Assembly (NCBI GenBank): GCA_044892525.1
Contig: CM097885.1
Span: forward strand, 51,896,001 to 51,960,000
Origin: Schmidtea polychroa
Lineage: Eukaryota
Direction of reading: 5' to 3'
Length of the DNA: 64,000 nt
Part shown: piece by piece, positions 47,324-61,989 of the stretch
How positions within the stretch are numbered: position 1 is the first letter of the stretch
Layout of the letters: each line of letters starts with the position of its first letter
Position numbers and translations under genes: made by a program
Notes under the pieces: generated by a model
Told to the model about the DNA's origin: nothing
The model's input: only the letters and a program-made list of their open reading frames with translations
Database searches by the model: none

Positions 47324-48514
47324 CAGTGTCTACCGAATATTTTTCGTTCACAGCGCACTAAGAAACGGCCTTTTGTTTTTGCGGCACACTAAATAAAAAA
47401 TATCGGAAAAATAAAATATAACTTATTAATATAAGCAAAAATATACAAATTCTTTAGTGTAGTAATAACAAAAATTCTTATATTCTTTTATTGAGATATA
47501 ATGCACATATATTATGCAGAGATAATATTATTAATGAGAAGGATGTGATTGATGATGAGAAAAAAATTGTCAAAACACTGCCCCAAAATTAGACAAACAA
47601 ACACGTAACTCTTCATCAATCATTTGTAATCTCTCGCGAATGATACGCAGAGTACCGCTCTAGTTTTAATAAATAACTACTATAAGTAACACCACCACGC
47701 AAAGGTACACAAAGGTTCATTACTGTACACTAAGGTTAGAAATATGTCACTCCGTGGCACACAGTTTGGCAGACACTGTTCTAGCCAGTGAATGTAAATA
47801 GTGCATGCAAAGATATTTTATAATATAATTTTGAATTATAAACAGTAAAGTAAACGAGCAATTTGTATATTCGCTCTCAAATACAAACATGCCCACACGT
47901 GCTTTGTCTTATACATGGTAGTTTCCCTGGTATCCGGACTATTCGTCCTAGGACGATTCATACACGAACTGTTCATCCCGGACTTTTCGTTCCCGGACGA
48001 TTTATCCACGGATTATTCATCCAAAATACTAATTTTATATTAGAAAAAAAAATAAAAAAATTTAAAAAAATTAATTTACAAGTTTAAGCGATGGGAACCA
48101 TTATGGCTCAGATACATTTCCAAACCCATAATGGAATCAGTACGAGTCTGCTGGTGACGGAATCGTGCTGTTGCAGGATACGGAAGAACAAAATGTGTCT
48201 ATATATCTTAGAGCAATTACACATTTGTCGCACAGTTAACACTTTGTTCAACTATTAAATCTATTTAGTTCTTTTTTAGTTCCTTTGCTTTAAATATATT
48301 AGTAAATTTGTAAATTAATTTATTTTTTATTTATTTTTTTCTAATATAAAATTAGATGAACAGTCCGTGGATGAATCGTCCGGGGACGAATAGTCCTAGA
48401 ACCAGTTTCCCTATCTTTATGCTTGCTGGCTAATTTTTTCAATTATAGATTAAAATTATCCTAAATATTTCATGGCACAATACTGTATCGTGGCACATAG
48501 TTTGGCAGACACTG
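47324..48514. mobile_element. hAT-type MITE with duplicated 3' terminus
   Basis: CAGTGTCTACC at the start; TTTGGCAGACACTG at 47765-47778 and again at 48501-48514; near-perfect 8-bp TSD ATATAACA/ATATAAAA. Confidence 0.78.
47929..48403. mobile_element. Mutator (MULE)-type MITE nested in the hAT MITE
   Basis: Perfect 9-bp TSD AGTTTCCCT; TIRs GG...GGACTATTCGTCC with 15-bp subrepeats. Confidence 0.9.
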
Positions 48515-49078
48515 ATATAAAACAAAACTTAAATCAAAAATTTATACAAAACTAGTTTCAAATAATAATTTTAAAATGTTTTCAAGTTTTTTAAGCAAAC
48601 TGTAATAATCAAAATTAGCATGAGAAAATTTTACCCTATGGTTACAAATTTTTGTAAAAATGAAGTTTTCGAGAGAAAAGGGAAGATTTCGAGCTTTTTC
48701 GTCATATACATCATATTAAAAAGAATTTCTATCATATATAATTTGGTGATAGCGTTGGTAAGGCTTTCGATAAAAGGATGTAAGAAATTAATACACAATG
48801 ATAAGAACTTTTACTAAGAATGGTTTGATAATCTGATAAATGTATTAGAATTCTGAAAAAAATTTTAAATTTAAAAAAACTAATGCTTTTTAGATAGACA
48901 AAGTATAATGAAGAAAGTATATCTTAAAACGCCTGCCCTGGTAAAATTTGCAGTCTCTAAAGACCAGGAATTACTAAAAAAGGATCTATGGAGCACTTTT
49001 CGAGGTATGTGTAGCGCTAAATAAAAAGCTATTTTTTCTAATCATTATAAAAAGTATTATTTATAATATTAATTAATA

Positions 49079-49148
49079 GATCCAATGACTGAGTGGTAAA
49101 ATCATTTACTCTAATGAGGACATCAGGTTCGAAGCCTGTTGAAGACCA
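49079..49148 (+). mobile_element. tRNA-derived SINE head or tRNA pseudogene
   Basis: A-box-like TGACTGAGTGG and B box GGTTCGAAGCC at tRNA spacing; poor cloverleaf. Confidence 0.55.
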
Positions 49149-51995
49149 ATTAATTTGTAATAGAAACAAATAGTGGTAGTGGTAAAGGTAAATTGGTTGG
49201 CGAACTGTGGTATGAGCTTCAGCAACTCATATACTGCATCAAGATCGGTCAATAGTATTTTTAAGATATGAAATTTGACAGGAAAAAATATTTACAGTAT
49301 AGAAAACGGTTATGGGAGCCTATTGAAGTCTGTAGAAGTTAAAAAGTGTGTCAGTGTTGAGAACACTAAGCAGGTAAGAGTTTTAAATATTATATAGATT
49401 AGAGTCAACAAATTTTGGTTATCATAGGTAATATAAAGTTCAATAAGGTGCTAAATTTTAGACGTCTTATAACCAGTTTGTTTTAGTCGATCCCAAATAT
49501 ATTAATTTCGGTATTTTTGTAAATATTCTTCGTTTGTTTCGACGAAATTTATCATAAATTCTTTCATATCGCAAAATGTAAATTATACTTTACTTGCACT
49601 TGAAACATCATTTGTATGCGGTTATTTTGAAACTATGATGCTGGATGTACTAAAAAATGCACTAAAATTTTTAATTGTAAAGTATTTGAATTTGTTAAAA
49701 TTTATTATTTTTGTATTGATTTTGTTTTAATATTGAAATAAAAATGTAACCTTAAAATTTTAATCTCAAGATGAGTTCAGTCAATTATGGATATTCATTT
49801 GAAAATAAGATTCATATAATGTTTTTTCAAATAAAAATCAACATACTTTTTCTTAATTTTTTGTATTTTTATGTTATATGGATTTATTCTGTAATATCTA
49901 ATTTGATACAGGGTGAAAATTGAACAATAATATCCATTGATTATATATTTAAAATAAATTGTCAGAAAATTATTTGTAGATTTCGAGAATCGTGTAGCTG
50001 GTAGTTTTACTATTGATTACAGTTAATATGAAGCAGTAAAGATTTGGATATCAGAAACTAACAAATGCAATAGTAACTTTACGGAATAATCCAGTTAAAT
50101 ATCAATAAGCAGGAATTCGCACTTATCGAATGGGTGCTCTAAAACTGTAGGATAGAGCTGTTTACAATACAATTAATCGATGACTTCTTTTTATTGAATT
50201 AAATATGTATGAGGCATTCGTTTTCTTGTACAAGTAAACTTCTATGATATCACTACCCAAAGTTTGTCAGAAATTTTACAGTTCCGAAATAGAGCTCACT
50301 TTTCTGACAACTAAGCATTTAGCACTTCGGTTAGTAGTGGATAGTAAAGGATAGTTTAAAAATTGACATAATAATTATGTCTTTGGTGAATTTTAATACC
50401 CCTTGTATTATAATATAAATAATTAATTTTATATTTCGATGCATTTCATGATTATTTTTGCGTTTAACTCATCATATACGTGTCCCTTTGCTATTTATGC
50501 GAAAACCTGTATTCCAGTTGGAAATCGTTTTACATGGCAAAATTTATTCCACATATATTCATAAATTATAACTACCGGATGGTTTTGGATATTGAAAATC
50601 TTCGAAATCTTTTACTCTTTATCAGCATTTCCTGTGATGTAGAAATTATGTGGTATTTTGCGTTGAAGGATTTATAAAATGTAATGAGCTAATGTCGAAA
50701 CCAGATGTGACTTGTGCTCGCCATACTGTAAATTATCTTGCTTTTCTGAGGCCATCCCATAGCCTCTTGATATTTGGGTACTGAATTTGAAAATATATGA
50801 TTAATTTCAAGTGCTTTTGAAGAATGATTTGAAGAACCAAAACATAAGCTATCTTTGCACACTTATCAATCAATATTTCTCTTATATTTTCAAAAATAAG
50901 TAAATTGTTTTCTAGTTTATCACCCTTTTTTTAATATTTCTAATTTATATTTGGAAGGGTACTCCCAAGAAAAGAGAATTACAATATCTATTTTCCATCT
51001 CACATGATGATACCGGCTTCAAAATTGCCCATCGAAGGACTCAATTTTAAATCCCTTTTGAAATTTGTGGAGTACGCGAGAATGAAAATAAGTCGATAAT
51101 AATATCGAAACTCAATTTTCGGTTTTTAGAGGTGACAAAGGATTTTAATATGAAAAATTATGGAAAGTTCCTTCTAAACAAACTCGAGGTATTAAAAATT
51201 GTTCCTCTTGTTCGGTTTATATTTTGAAGAAATTTTTAAATAATTTATGGTGTTAAATTAAATTTTCATATTTTTTCTGTTAATAAATATTGCTGATAGC
51301 AAATAAATAATAAAATCCAATAATTATTAAATAAGTAAAATGATCAGGGTGAAATGGAAGTTGCAAGTAAGAGAAAACAGAATCAAAACAAAACCCAAGG
51401 TGAATTACGAAGTTAGAGGAAAAATTCTTTAAAACAAATTAAAGGTATCGAGAAAAGTCAAGCTAAATCTAAAATGATATAAAATCGTGATATGGTCATA
51501 AAAGAGGCGCACTGAAAATACTGGAAGACATTGGGCTATTAACAACTTTTAATTCGTTTTGATAGCTGTAATGAGTGTTTGTTAGTGTCCTTGGATCTTA
51601 AATATAGCACAAAGACGAATAAATAACTATAGCGATGTCTAAAATTGTTGGAATTTTACGAGACAGAAAGTAACTCAACGAACTGTGAATTAGAAGAACA
51701 GTTTAATAAAAAATCCTCGTTCAAAATAATTATTTCTCTGCAAAATTATTTTGATTTAGTTATTTAATATATTGTGCTATCGTTATCATCATTTCAAACA
51801 GTTATGTAGTTTGTTTCCACTTTAAATGTTTGAATATCAAGTAATAAATGGGAGCAAGTGAGACGGATTACACTTCACCGTCTATGGAAATCATATAAAC
51901 TCTATACGTTTTAGATTATCAGTGGTCTTAGAATCGAAACTCACCTTTGCTGATAACCACCATATAATGCTACAGAATCAACTTCGGTTGAGACC

Positions 51996-54270
51996 AAAGC
52001 TTTTTTTCTGACGGAACGCTCCGGCACCTTTTTTCGCTGAATAATTTTAAAAAATTGACATATGTTTTGTTTTTTGTCATATTTCTATTTCTAACATTTC
52101 AATAGTCAATTACAATCAAATACAAAGTAGTGGTTGTACGCCAAATCGAGTGAATCATAACTCCATGCTTCCTATGTGTTATTATTATTATATAAAACAC
52201 GCTCACGGTAAATATAAGCCATTAATATACTGCGTCATTAAAATTGTTGGGCTGGAACCGAGAATCGAGAGCTTGTTTTAATGAATCAAAAATACATAAC
52301 ATAAAAATCGCACCAAGTTAAATTAAAACACCAATCAATACAAATTAAAGTACATAACACATTGATGATAAATAAGACCCGGGTGATAAAATACAGGAAC
52401 GAAAATAAAGGTCGCAATCACTAACACAATTAGGAGAAACATCACATTTGGAATAGCTAACAACTAAGAAATAAAATAATAATAAATAAAATAATGGGTA
52501 ATAAATTAATTAATAATATGAAAAATTTCTAAATAAATAAATTTAAAATTTAAAATAAATTATCTAGTAAACTGGTAAAATAATAAAAAGTAGAATAAAA
52601 GTAGTAAAATTAGATAAACCATAAAACTTATAAAACCAAATTGTTTAAATTAATGAAACTAAAGTAAAATTAACTGAACTTATTTAAATTATAAAACTTG
52701 TAAAACTAAATTAAAATTAGCAAAAAACTATTTAAATTATAGAATAAATAAATCTTAAAAGTTAATAAAAATTAGAATTTTGATTAATTAAATTAATTAA
52801 ATTAAAAAATAATAATTGCACACATTCATGCATGCATGCAAAAATAAATCAGAATTGCCTCGCATTCTAATTGGATATAACAGCAGAGAATGCGTAGGCG
52901 TATAATTCAATCAGTATAAATACTGAGTGAAATTTCATTTAAAAAACTCTCACGCTCAACTGGTTACACAACAATTCATTTACTGGTAATGAACATATGC
53001 TCTCAATTTTCGATTCCATGCCATCGCGGTGAGGTAAATTTGATTTTTGTTTTATGTAATATAATTTTGTTAGGTCTAATGTTATTTTGAAGTTAATTTT
53101 AGTTAATGTTATTTAGTTAATTTATTTTGTTATTTAGATAATGTTATTTTAAAGTGAAGTTAATTGTTAATATTGGTATGGTATTATTCATTTTGTGGTT
53201 GTTAAGCCTATTATTATACAATTTTAGGAATTAATAAAATTTTTAACGGAATTTGTTTTTAATTACTTCTTATGTTTGGCGTATGTTATTTTGTCCTTTT
53301 TTGAATAATATTATAATTTAGGTTGTGTTTTTCTGGATATTTATGTGTCGATGGTCTGGACTGGGGAAGGTTTGTGGACGGGCGGCACTACGTGCTGTTA
53401 GTCGGCAGAATATAGATAGGGAGATGAACGGTTAAAGGGGGTAAAATCAATTGCGATAGTTTAGGGCCCTATTTAGAGTTAGAAAGTGTAGGACTTTTAT
53501 TTTCATAGGTATAATTGAGTTAGGAAAAAATTTAGAATAGTTATGAACTTCTGTCGGTAGAGGAAGTACGTTTAGGCAATTTTATAGAAACCACGAATAG
53601 TTAAGATATTCGATAGTTCAGGATTTGAATACAGGCAGATCCCTGCTCAAATTTTCATGAGAAGTGTGGAAACATGTTTATTAACTTGTGAATAAGGGCC
53701 AATCCCTGCTCAAATTTTTTGAAGGATAATTTGGATATTATAGGGAGTATAGAATAATAATCATTAGATGAAAAATAAGGGCGGATCCCTGCAAAAAAGT
53801 TTGTAAGAGAACAATAGGAAATACCCGTAATCGAGGAACCCAAATGATTTAAAACCAGCATACATAGTGAATAATGACGTAAGACCTTCTATCGGCAGTC
53901 TAGAACCCGAAAAGAAAATACAATGGGGAGTAGTTTTAGTAATAGAACTCATCTGCTCATTGTTTTTCACCTTTGTGTACAGTACCAACATGGTCGTCAC
54001 CATGGGTACACAAATGGTTTAAATTACAATAGTCATGGAGGTGCTTAGGAAGGAGTCGAGTGAATATCTAAATTACCCCTGACGTATTTAAAACATAAAA
54101 TGACACACCCCTAAGTAACCAACAAAATTGTTTCCTGTCGTCGGTAATAAGTATATATTTTGTGTCCTGCATAATTATTTTATTTGTTAGCTAATTTCAG
54201 CGTAATTTTTTTGCATATAAAGGATAGTATAAATACGTCCGGCACCTTTTTTCCAGAAAAAAGCACCGAT
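51996..54270. mobile_element. Probable hAT-type MITE split by an inserted, decayed LTR-like repeat
   Basis: GCTTTTTTTCTG near 51999 and CAGAAAAAAGCAC near 54254 are inverted; both ends carry TCCGGCACCTTTTT. No clear TSD. Confidence 0.4.
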
Positions 54271-54969
54271 TGAGACAGATTATTAGTGATGCGATGTGAC
54301 GGGAAAATGCGGAAGATTTAAAAATAATATATCAATACCTTTCATTCAGTACTAGAAAAGAGAGGCACAGGGTCATTTTTCACAGTTAAAAAAATTAAAA
54401 TAAAGAAATGACAAATCATTAGTCTTAAAAACAGAAAGGAATTGATGAGCATTAGTTTTGTAATTGATTTAATCAACACATTGTTTCTAAAATACTTTGC
54501 ACATCACTAACATTCTGGTAAAGACAAGAAACCCATAGTTATATTGATAGCTGAATTAAAACGATCCTAGCTATTTAAATCCAGGTCAATTTAAATCATA
54601 AAAAAGTAATAAATTTATTTGAACACCAACAAATTGAAGAATGTTTTTACAGTGTTTTTTCTCTTTAGGACAAATTCAATTAGTATATTAATTTAATTTT
54701 AATTAATTTAAATAATTTAAAAAATTTAAAAATTAATATAATTTAATGTAAATGCTTATACATTTATGATACAATGAATTCGAGATTTAATTACTTGTTT
54801 AATATCAAATTTGTTTGTTTAATGTAAATTACATTTAATTATTTGTTCATATATTTACTTTTAAAATTGTGTAAGCAATTTTTTTCAAATTTTATTTATT
54901 CAATTTCAATTTCATGTACCTCAGATCACTAATAATTCTATACTTGATTTTAGGTACATAGATTTTTAG

Positions 54970-57900
54970 ATGGACAATAATGACACCAGTATATCTAAGG
55001 TTCCTAGAAAAATATATTCAAGAGTATTTTGTATAATAAAATAATTTTTATTAAGTCATATATTTAGGAATTATTAATATCATTGCAACGCTCTGGGCTT
55101 TCAACTTTATGGCCTAAAAGTTTAGATAAAAATTGTATTAATAGTCATAATCAATGGGATCCTGTCAAATCTTTTGAAAATAATAAAACAACTGAGACCA
55201 AAAGAAATATTTTTCCTGAAAATAAAATTGGATACCGAAATAATGGTTTAATAAAAAATTTAATATATTAAGTCTATTTATAATTTTAGATAAAAGTAAA
55301 GATGATATTAGTTTGAGACCTGAACGAAGGCGTTGGAATGATGGTTGTCAAGTTACAAATAATAAAAGAAATAGTGAAGATAGTCATTCAAATAGCTATA
55401 GAAAATCTTATCAAAATACTATTCCTAACTGTGGAGCAGGAGACTACGACAGAAATCGTTTCAATCGCAATAGTAATCGAAACAAATCTAAGGAAAATGA
55501 TACGACAGTGAAAACTAATAATCCTAATTTGAAAACAGATAAGTCCAGTAGAAATAACTCCAATCTGGAAGAACGAAAAGATGATAAAGAAGATCAGAAA
55601 ACTATTTCAAAAAACTGCAATAATTCAAGATTCAACAGAAATGCCGAACCCGAATGGTTCCTGGATGGGCCTGAAAATTGTGAAGAAACCATTGAATTGC
55701 GTGGAATATCCGCCAATGACAATGAAATGTTGAATTTCAAAGTTTGTTCAACGAAACCCGAAGAAATAAACAATGAACCGGATAAGTTAACGCTAAACTT
55801 GTCGCTGGAAAAATCGATTCTCGCCGAAGTTTGTGTGTCACCGAAACGAGAAGGTAGCCGTTTCCAGGACATATTTATGAAAGAGAAAAAAATCAACAAC
55901 ATGAGTAATATTAAACTATTACCGATAGGAAAACAATTGATTCAATTTTATAGATGAATCTAAAGACGTTGAGAACATTTTAAAGGCGGTTCTATCGGAT
56001 AATGTGTCAAAGAGTGATGCCGAACGGTTGAATAATGTGGCGAAACGTGAGTTTTTTTGCTAATATTCATCATTTCATAGTTTAGGATGATTTGGGATAT
56101 TTTCAATTTTATATAATGATTTGCTAATTTTATTCATTAAAAATGTCCATTTGAATATTTTGAATTTTATTAAGTCAATCAATATTATTTAAACAATTTC
56201 ACATTTACCAGAACAATTTGACTCAATTTGATAAATATGTAAAATATTAAAAAGGAAAGTATTTTTGCTAGTGATTTCTTTAGTTTTAAAAAATCTAATA
56301 CAATTAAAATTGTCATCAATTTCGATGACCTGTAGCTAAGCTTTCAACTAGTTGCTTAATTCCATAACGGCATAACTACAGCGGTTTTAAGGATATTTGA
56401 AATTCGCCATCATGGAATATTGGACAATGAGAAAACATAATGGATAAAGATTATATCTGGGGAAACAATTATATTATAAGGAGCATTTTACTTTTCCGTT
56501 TCATCTTTTAAGGTTTGGTTGATTTAACAGAGCCAATTAATTGATGATTATTATATATACAACTTCCACCTCTGAGACCAGCTTTCAATGCTTTTTCTCC
56601 GTAATTCTACATTATTTACTACGTATCATTTCTTTCAATGCTTCACGAAGGAGACCGTTGACACATAGATTTTTTACTGATACCGAATGGTAAATAGATT
56701 ACTGTATCTCTATATTTAATAAAAGGAATCTAACTATAATTCATAACACTAAAATAAACAATATTACAACAATTTTACCTTCTGCAGCAAGAACATTAAG
56801 TTGCCCATACGAGAATTCACTCAAGACTGCCCCTGTGACTTATTTATTGTAATTGAACATGTAAGTCTCATTGGAAATTGTAATCTCTTCAGGTTTAAAG
56901 GCAGATCCATCAGAATTAGTTATGCCCTTGGAATAGAAACAGTTTTCACCCCCAGGTTTCTTAAAAAATAATTGGAGATCCCGAATTAAAAAAGACAATG
57001 TGTGGAATTTAGTAACTCTGATGGGTAATTAACGACCTCATACGCACCTATTCCTGTATCGATAGATTTGTATTCAGTCACTAGGCCTAGTAGCATTACA
57101 TGTGTTTGATTATTTATTTCTGGTAGCTAGAATTTCCCTCTCTCAATCCAAATATTCGGGGAGACTGCAATTATTATCACTGTGACGAACGACACCAGAA
57201 GATTCAGCCGTTAATCTACCTTTTCCGATCTCCGATAGTTTTTTTGAAAAATTTGAGCACTCATGTATCTCCCATGAAAATAAATGTTTTAAACATGCTG
57301 GTGTTTACTTTATTTTTTTATCACATCGAGCGTGATCTGTATAATAAAATAAAAACTGGATAAAGTAGTTTTCAACGTAAGCGTAAATAAAATTTTATTT
57401 TTCACATTCCATTGTATCATAATAATTACTATTTGCAATAACACGTAATAAAATTAAATAAAATTTTTGTTCTAAAATTAAATATTAACGCAAATTTTCC
57501 ATTATTAAATTTGAATTACACTTGACGAAGGATTATTTCTATTATAACATTTCATTTATTTTCCTATGTAACATAAATGTTCGGTTCTGCCTTAATAAAG
57601 TGTAACACAGTTCAAAGATAAACAAAAATATAACTGTGGTTGAATTGAATTTATTGATTATTATTGTCATCTAAAAAGAAAGGAAATTTATAATATTCGA
57701 TTAATGCTGAATTTCAATAATTGAACTTTTTTTTTGAAATTTTTTCAAATCCATTTTAATCTAGCAAATTTATTATTTTATTATAATATTATACTATTAT
57801 TGGATAATAATTTTTCTCTATATATAACTACACAATACACAACATTAACGTAAATCTTTAAATATCTCCTTGGAACAAAAAAATGTAATTTCCTCAATTT

Positions 57901-60900
57901 TAAAATTATTGACTTAATTAAATTAATAGTTTATTAAAGAAAAATTTTCAAATTGGAAAACTCTGAAAAATCAATCAATAAATATCTCAAATAGTAGTCG
58001 TAAAAAAATGCGTATGTTTTTAGGCAATTAAATCTTGTAGATCATTACCAAATGTTTTCAAATTTTATGTTTTAATCTTTATTTCCAGCAAGTAAATTGT
58101 GCTTAGGTAGTTTTAAATATTTCATAGGATACAATAAAAATATGCATTTGCTTGATGGATATTTTCCCATTATAACGCTGTTAATTGTTGTAATTATTTC
58201 TTTATTGATAATAATCCGACAAGCTACATATATTTTTATACATTTTATTTGCCTCATGTCAATAATCCAAATATGAATGCTCTCCAATTCTTCTCTATTG
58301 CAGTTATTAAAAAGTCCAAAGCAGATTGATTATTATAAACAGTTATCTATTTGATTTTCTTTTATATAGAAATTATCGCATTATTCTGTAAAATTTTCAT
58401 CGTCTGATTAATTTTTAAAAAAAAGTTTCTTATTGTAAGAAAATTTCTAAATTACATTAGTTTCAAAATTATAATATTAACAATAAAAATTGTCCCAAAA
58501 ATAGACTGTTACTTTTATCGGGTGTCGGATAATGATTTTTAATTCTAATATGAAAATTGCTAAAAATAAATATTGAATTTTTGTAATAATTAAAAGTGAC
58601 TTCATAAACTTTTTATATTTAATATTAAAAAAATTGGTATTGGTCGTATTTTATTCTCTACCCAAAAAATAATTGAAAGTATAACTAGGTTATCATAACA
58701 TTTTCAAACATTTTTTTAGCAAATGCTCATATATAGTATTTTTTAAAAAAAATTTAAGACTTATAAGTGAAATCAATATATCAACAAATGCTGCTCTTTA
58801 ATATTCTAAATAAAATTTAGGATCATCTCTATAGATAATAATGGATTTGCTGTTTTTTGTGATTCTTTAAAAATATTTAATTTAAAATTTAGCAATTTAA
58901 TAAAATTTCATTAATTTAGTCATGTAAAATAAATAAGTTGTATTTTAATATTGATACTAAATATATATTGTTTATTTGAAATTTTTGAAAGCAATGTGAT
59001 TATACTGGGATTCTCTAATCTCAAAATAATATTTTAATAGAAGACTTATCGTAGATTAAAGTTCAAACGTTTGAAGTAATGGTGTTATGTGCAATTTCTC
59101 TTTATTGTAGTTACATTTTGACAATCGAAACACTTATAATACTTTTTAAAATAGACTTAAATTCTAACCACGCGAGGTACAAAATACGCAAAATTTATTC
59201 AATTGGAAAACTATTTAAACATAATTGTAAATACATTTTAGATTTTTTAATTTAAATACAAATGGTATTTTTTTAAATAACAATTAAAGGAAAGGTTGAT
59301 ATAATATAATAATCTCCAAGAAAGTTAAATTTAATAAAATCATTATATCTGGGTGCAGAAAAAATTCCAGTAACATATAGATCCTTGTTCTAAAAGTAAA
59401 ATTAAACTACAAATTAAAAAAGCTCTTAAACTTTCAAACAGGCACGCACGTGTTTTATAACCATATGACGAATGATATTTTATTATTCTGTTAGATAATA
59501 GTTGTTAATTGTACATAAAATTTAACTACAATAATTTAAACTTCAATTGACTTAATAAATTTATTTTCAAAAATAATTAAATTTAATCATAAATCCAAAT
59601 TTAAAACAATTAAAAGCAAATTGTAAAAACTAAAATCACTTTGAAATAGTAAATCAGTTGTTATCACTCATTTCTTGAAATTCAAAACAGAAAATTTTGG
59701 TTTGAATAGAATTTTTTAGTAACTAAAGTCACGTTTTAAAAGTGGCTCCTCTTTTTTAATTAGCATTGCAAGTGGTTCATGGTTTATTCTGAAAAATACA
59801 CTTGATAGTAGATTAGATAAAGAATAAATTTTTAAAAACGGAATCTTCAATATTATTAAACTATTTGATGGATCGACAAAAAGTTTTAATTCCAGCCGCG
59901 TTTACCCTTAAATATCCATAAGGTTAGAGTTCGTGTGTTTAACAGAAGTTTAAACACTTATAATTAAAAAGTAACTGAATATAAAACAATTAATTTCATT
60001 CTATCGATGATTATCTTATTCAACACCAAAAAATACTTTGTACTATAATTTTAAATATTTATAGAAGAATATAAATGAAAATATTTGGTATTTTAAGATG
60101 CATAAAATATTCAAGGGATAATAAGATTATAAATTTTTCTTTTCACCTTTTCCGATATAAAAAAAAGTTATCAAGCACACTGTTTCTACAAACTATCATA
60201 ATTATCTGTGTCACTATCACTGCTTTAAATAATGTAATATTCATTTTCCAGTACGTTAAACTTATAATGAACCATTCTTTAAGTTCTGCATTGTTATAGA
60301 GCTTTTTAGACGACATTTTCCCCTAAAATCTAAAAATGAAAAAATATGACTTCTTTTGTCATTCATATATAATTGATTAAAATAAACACAATATGAAAAA
60401 TTAGTTTTCTTGAATCTATAATTATTCATAAATAATATGCGACTAATTTTCCACATCACTTGACGAGATAAAATCGAGTTTAGGAAAAGTTTAAAATAAA
60501 TTCGTAAGAAAATCTAATATAAGTTAAAAGAGTATAACACTTTTATATTACAAAAGTTCCTAAATTTTCCTGAAATATAATTTAACACATTTAGCGTTGC
60601 CAAATGGAGTATTAACTCTTGAAGAAATCGAAAAAAATATGACTTTAGGAGCAATACACATGGACCGAACATCTAAATCTGCAACAATTGATACATTAAA
60701 TTCTTTTGAACCGAGTTTAAACTCTCTATTATCAAGTGGTTTATCAAGTCCTAATCAAGACAATTCTAAAGTTGTCAATTGGTTGTCGGGATTGAATTTA
60801 CACGCTAAAGAACCCGAAATCGACATGAAACAACAATATAACGAAATTCATAATTTCTGTAATCTAAATCCTATGATCAATTCAACGCCTCAAATTTCCA

Positions 60901-61191
60901 CTGGCTATTCTAAGTTCATAAATAACCTCCAACCTCCACCTGGTTTGCCATTGATGCTCAATAACAACCAATTGCAACAGCACACTCAATTGCTCCAACA
61001 GCACCATAATAAAATGATCCAATCACCTGCAATTATGAAACATTTACAAATGTCACAACAACCTAATAATGTAAGTTGGTTTAGATTTCCTACGTATCAT
61101 TTTTTCCAATTTTAGGTAAATCATAATATTCAATCAAGAAATATTTTACCATATATGTTTCCGTCTCATAATCAATTAAATGAGTTTGATA
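54970..61191 (+). CDS. EIF4ENIF1: Host eIF4E transporter (4E-T/Cup-like), 5' part. Exons 54970-55023, 55068-55245, 55290-55904, 55954-56046, 60595-61070, 61116-61191; likely continues beyond
   Basis: GT-AG introns of 44, 44, 49, 4548 and 45 bp keep the frame. eIF4E-binding YSRELLI (YxxxxL-phi); QWDP; LRPERRRWNDGCQV; Cup-homology PEWFLDGPENCEETIELRG; GSRF; VLTLEEIE; Q-rich region. Confidence 0.88.
56400..57340 (-). mobile_element. Heavily decayed MULE-like transposase remnant in intron 4
   Basis: Minus-strand fragments such as RCDKK and IESWSQRW; many stops. Confidence 0.3.
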
Positions 61192-61779
61192 GTAATTTCA
61201 TAATTTATTATTTATATTAATTTATTTTTATTTTAATTATCATTCAAATTTTCTCTTAATATCTCTCAATGCATATATAGATAAATATTTTAATTCTTAT
61301 CAAAACTAGTGAATTCTCTATTAAAAAAGTTTATATATGAATAAATGATAAATGGAATTCCATTACGCATATTTAGTTAATTTTATAAATATTCTATAAA
61401 TACTGTGAACTAGGCCATATGTTGAATGGCTAACGTTAAGGCAATTGTATCCTATAAGGAGAAAGAAGTAATGCCAATAGAAAACATTAAACTGTTTAAT
61501 ATTACACGTAATGTGTAATACATTTTATAAAATCAATACTGATGAGATAATATTATCAAATGAACATTGAATATAAAGTCTTAAGACTGGTTTCTAAACC
61601 TTTGGTATAATGCTATCTTCACTTCATCAAAGTTATCAGGTAAACTCGAGTTGAGCTCGATCTCAAACTAATTCCATATTTTGTTTGATGATTTTTTTAT
61701 TTTATATAGAATTTATGTAAAAGATTTTTTTGTAATTTTATTCGAATAAGTTATTTAAAATCTATAGGTTTTTTCGTTT

Positions 61780-61819
61780 CTACCTGATAATGACAGTGAA
61801 CCAGTTGAAATATACAGTA
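61780..61819 (+). repeat. Degenerate second copy of the Penelope terminal hammerhead-like motif
   Basis: CTACCTGATAATGACAGTGAACCAGTTGAAATATA vs CTACCTGACGATGACAGTGATTCTGTCGAAATATA at 13997. Confidence 0.6.
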
Positions 61820-61989
61820 TAATTGATGTTCGAGTGGTCTCTAATATTTAAATATTATAGTTTTTATATAAAAGTTAGATTATACAAACGAAATGAAAAT
61901 AACTTTATAAATTAGATATTGCAGGCGCTTATACTTAAACATGTATAAGTAAAGTAAATTGTTTTTGAGCTAATTTTGTTTCAATAAGA

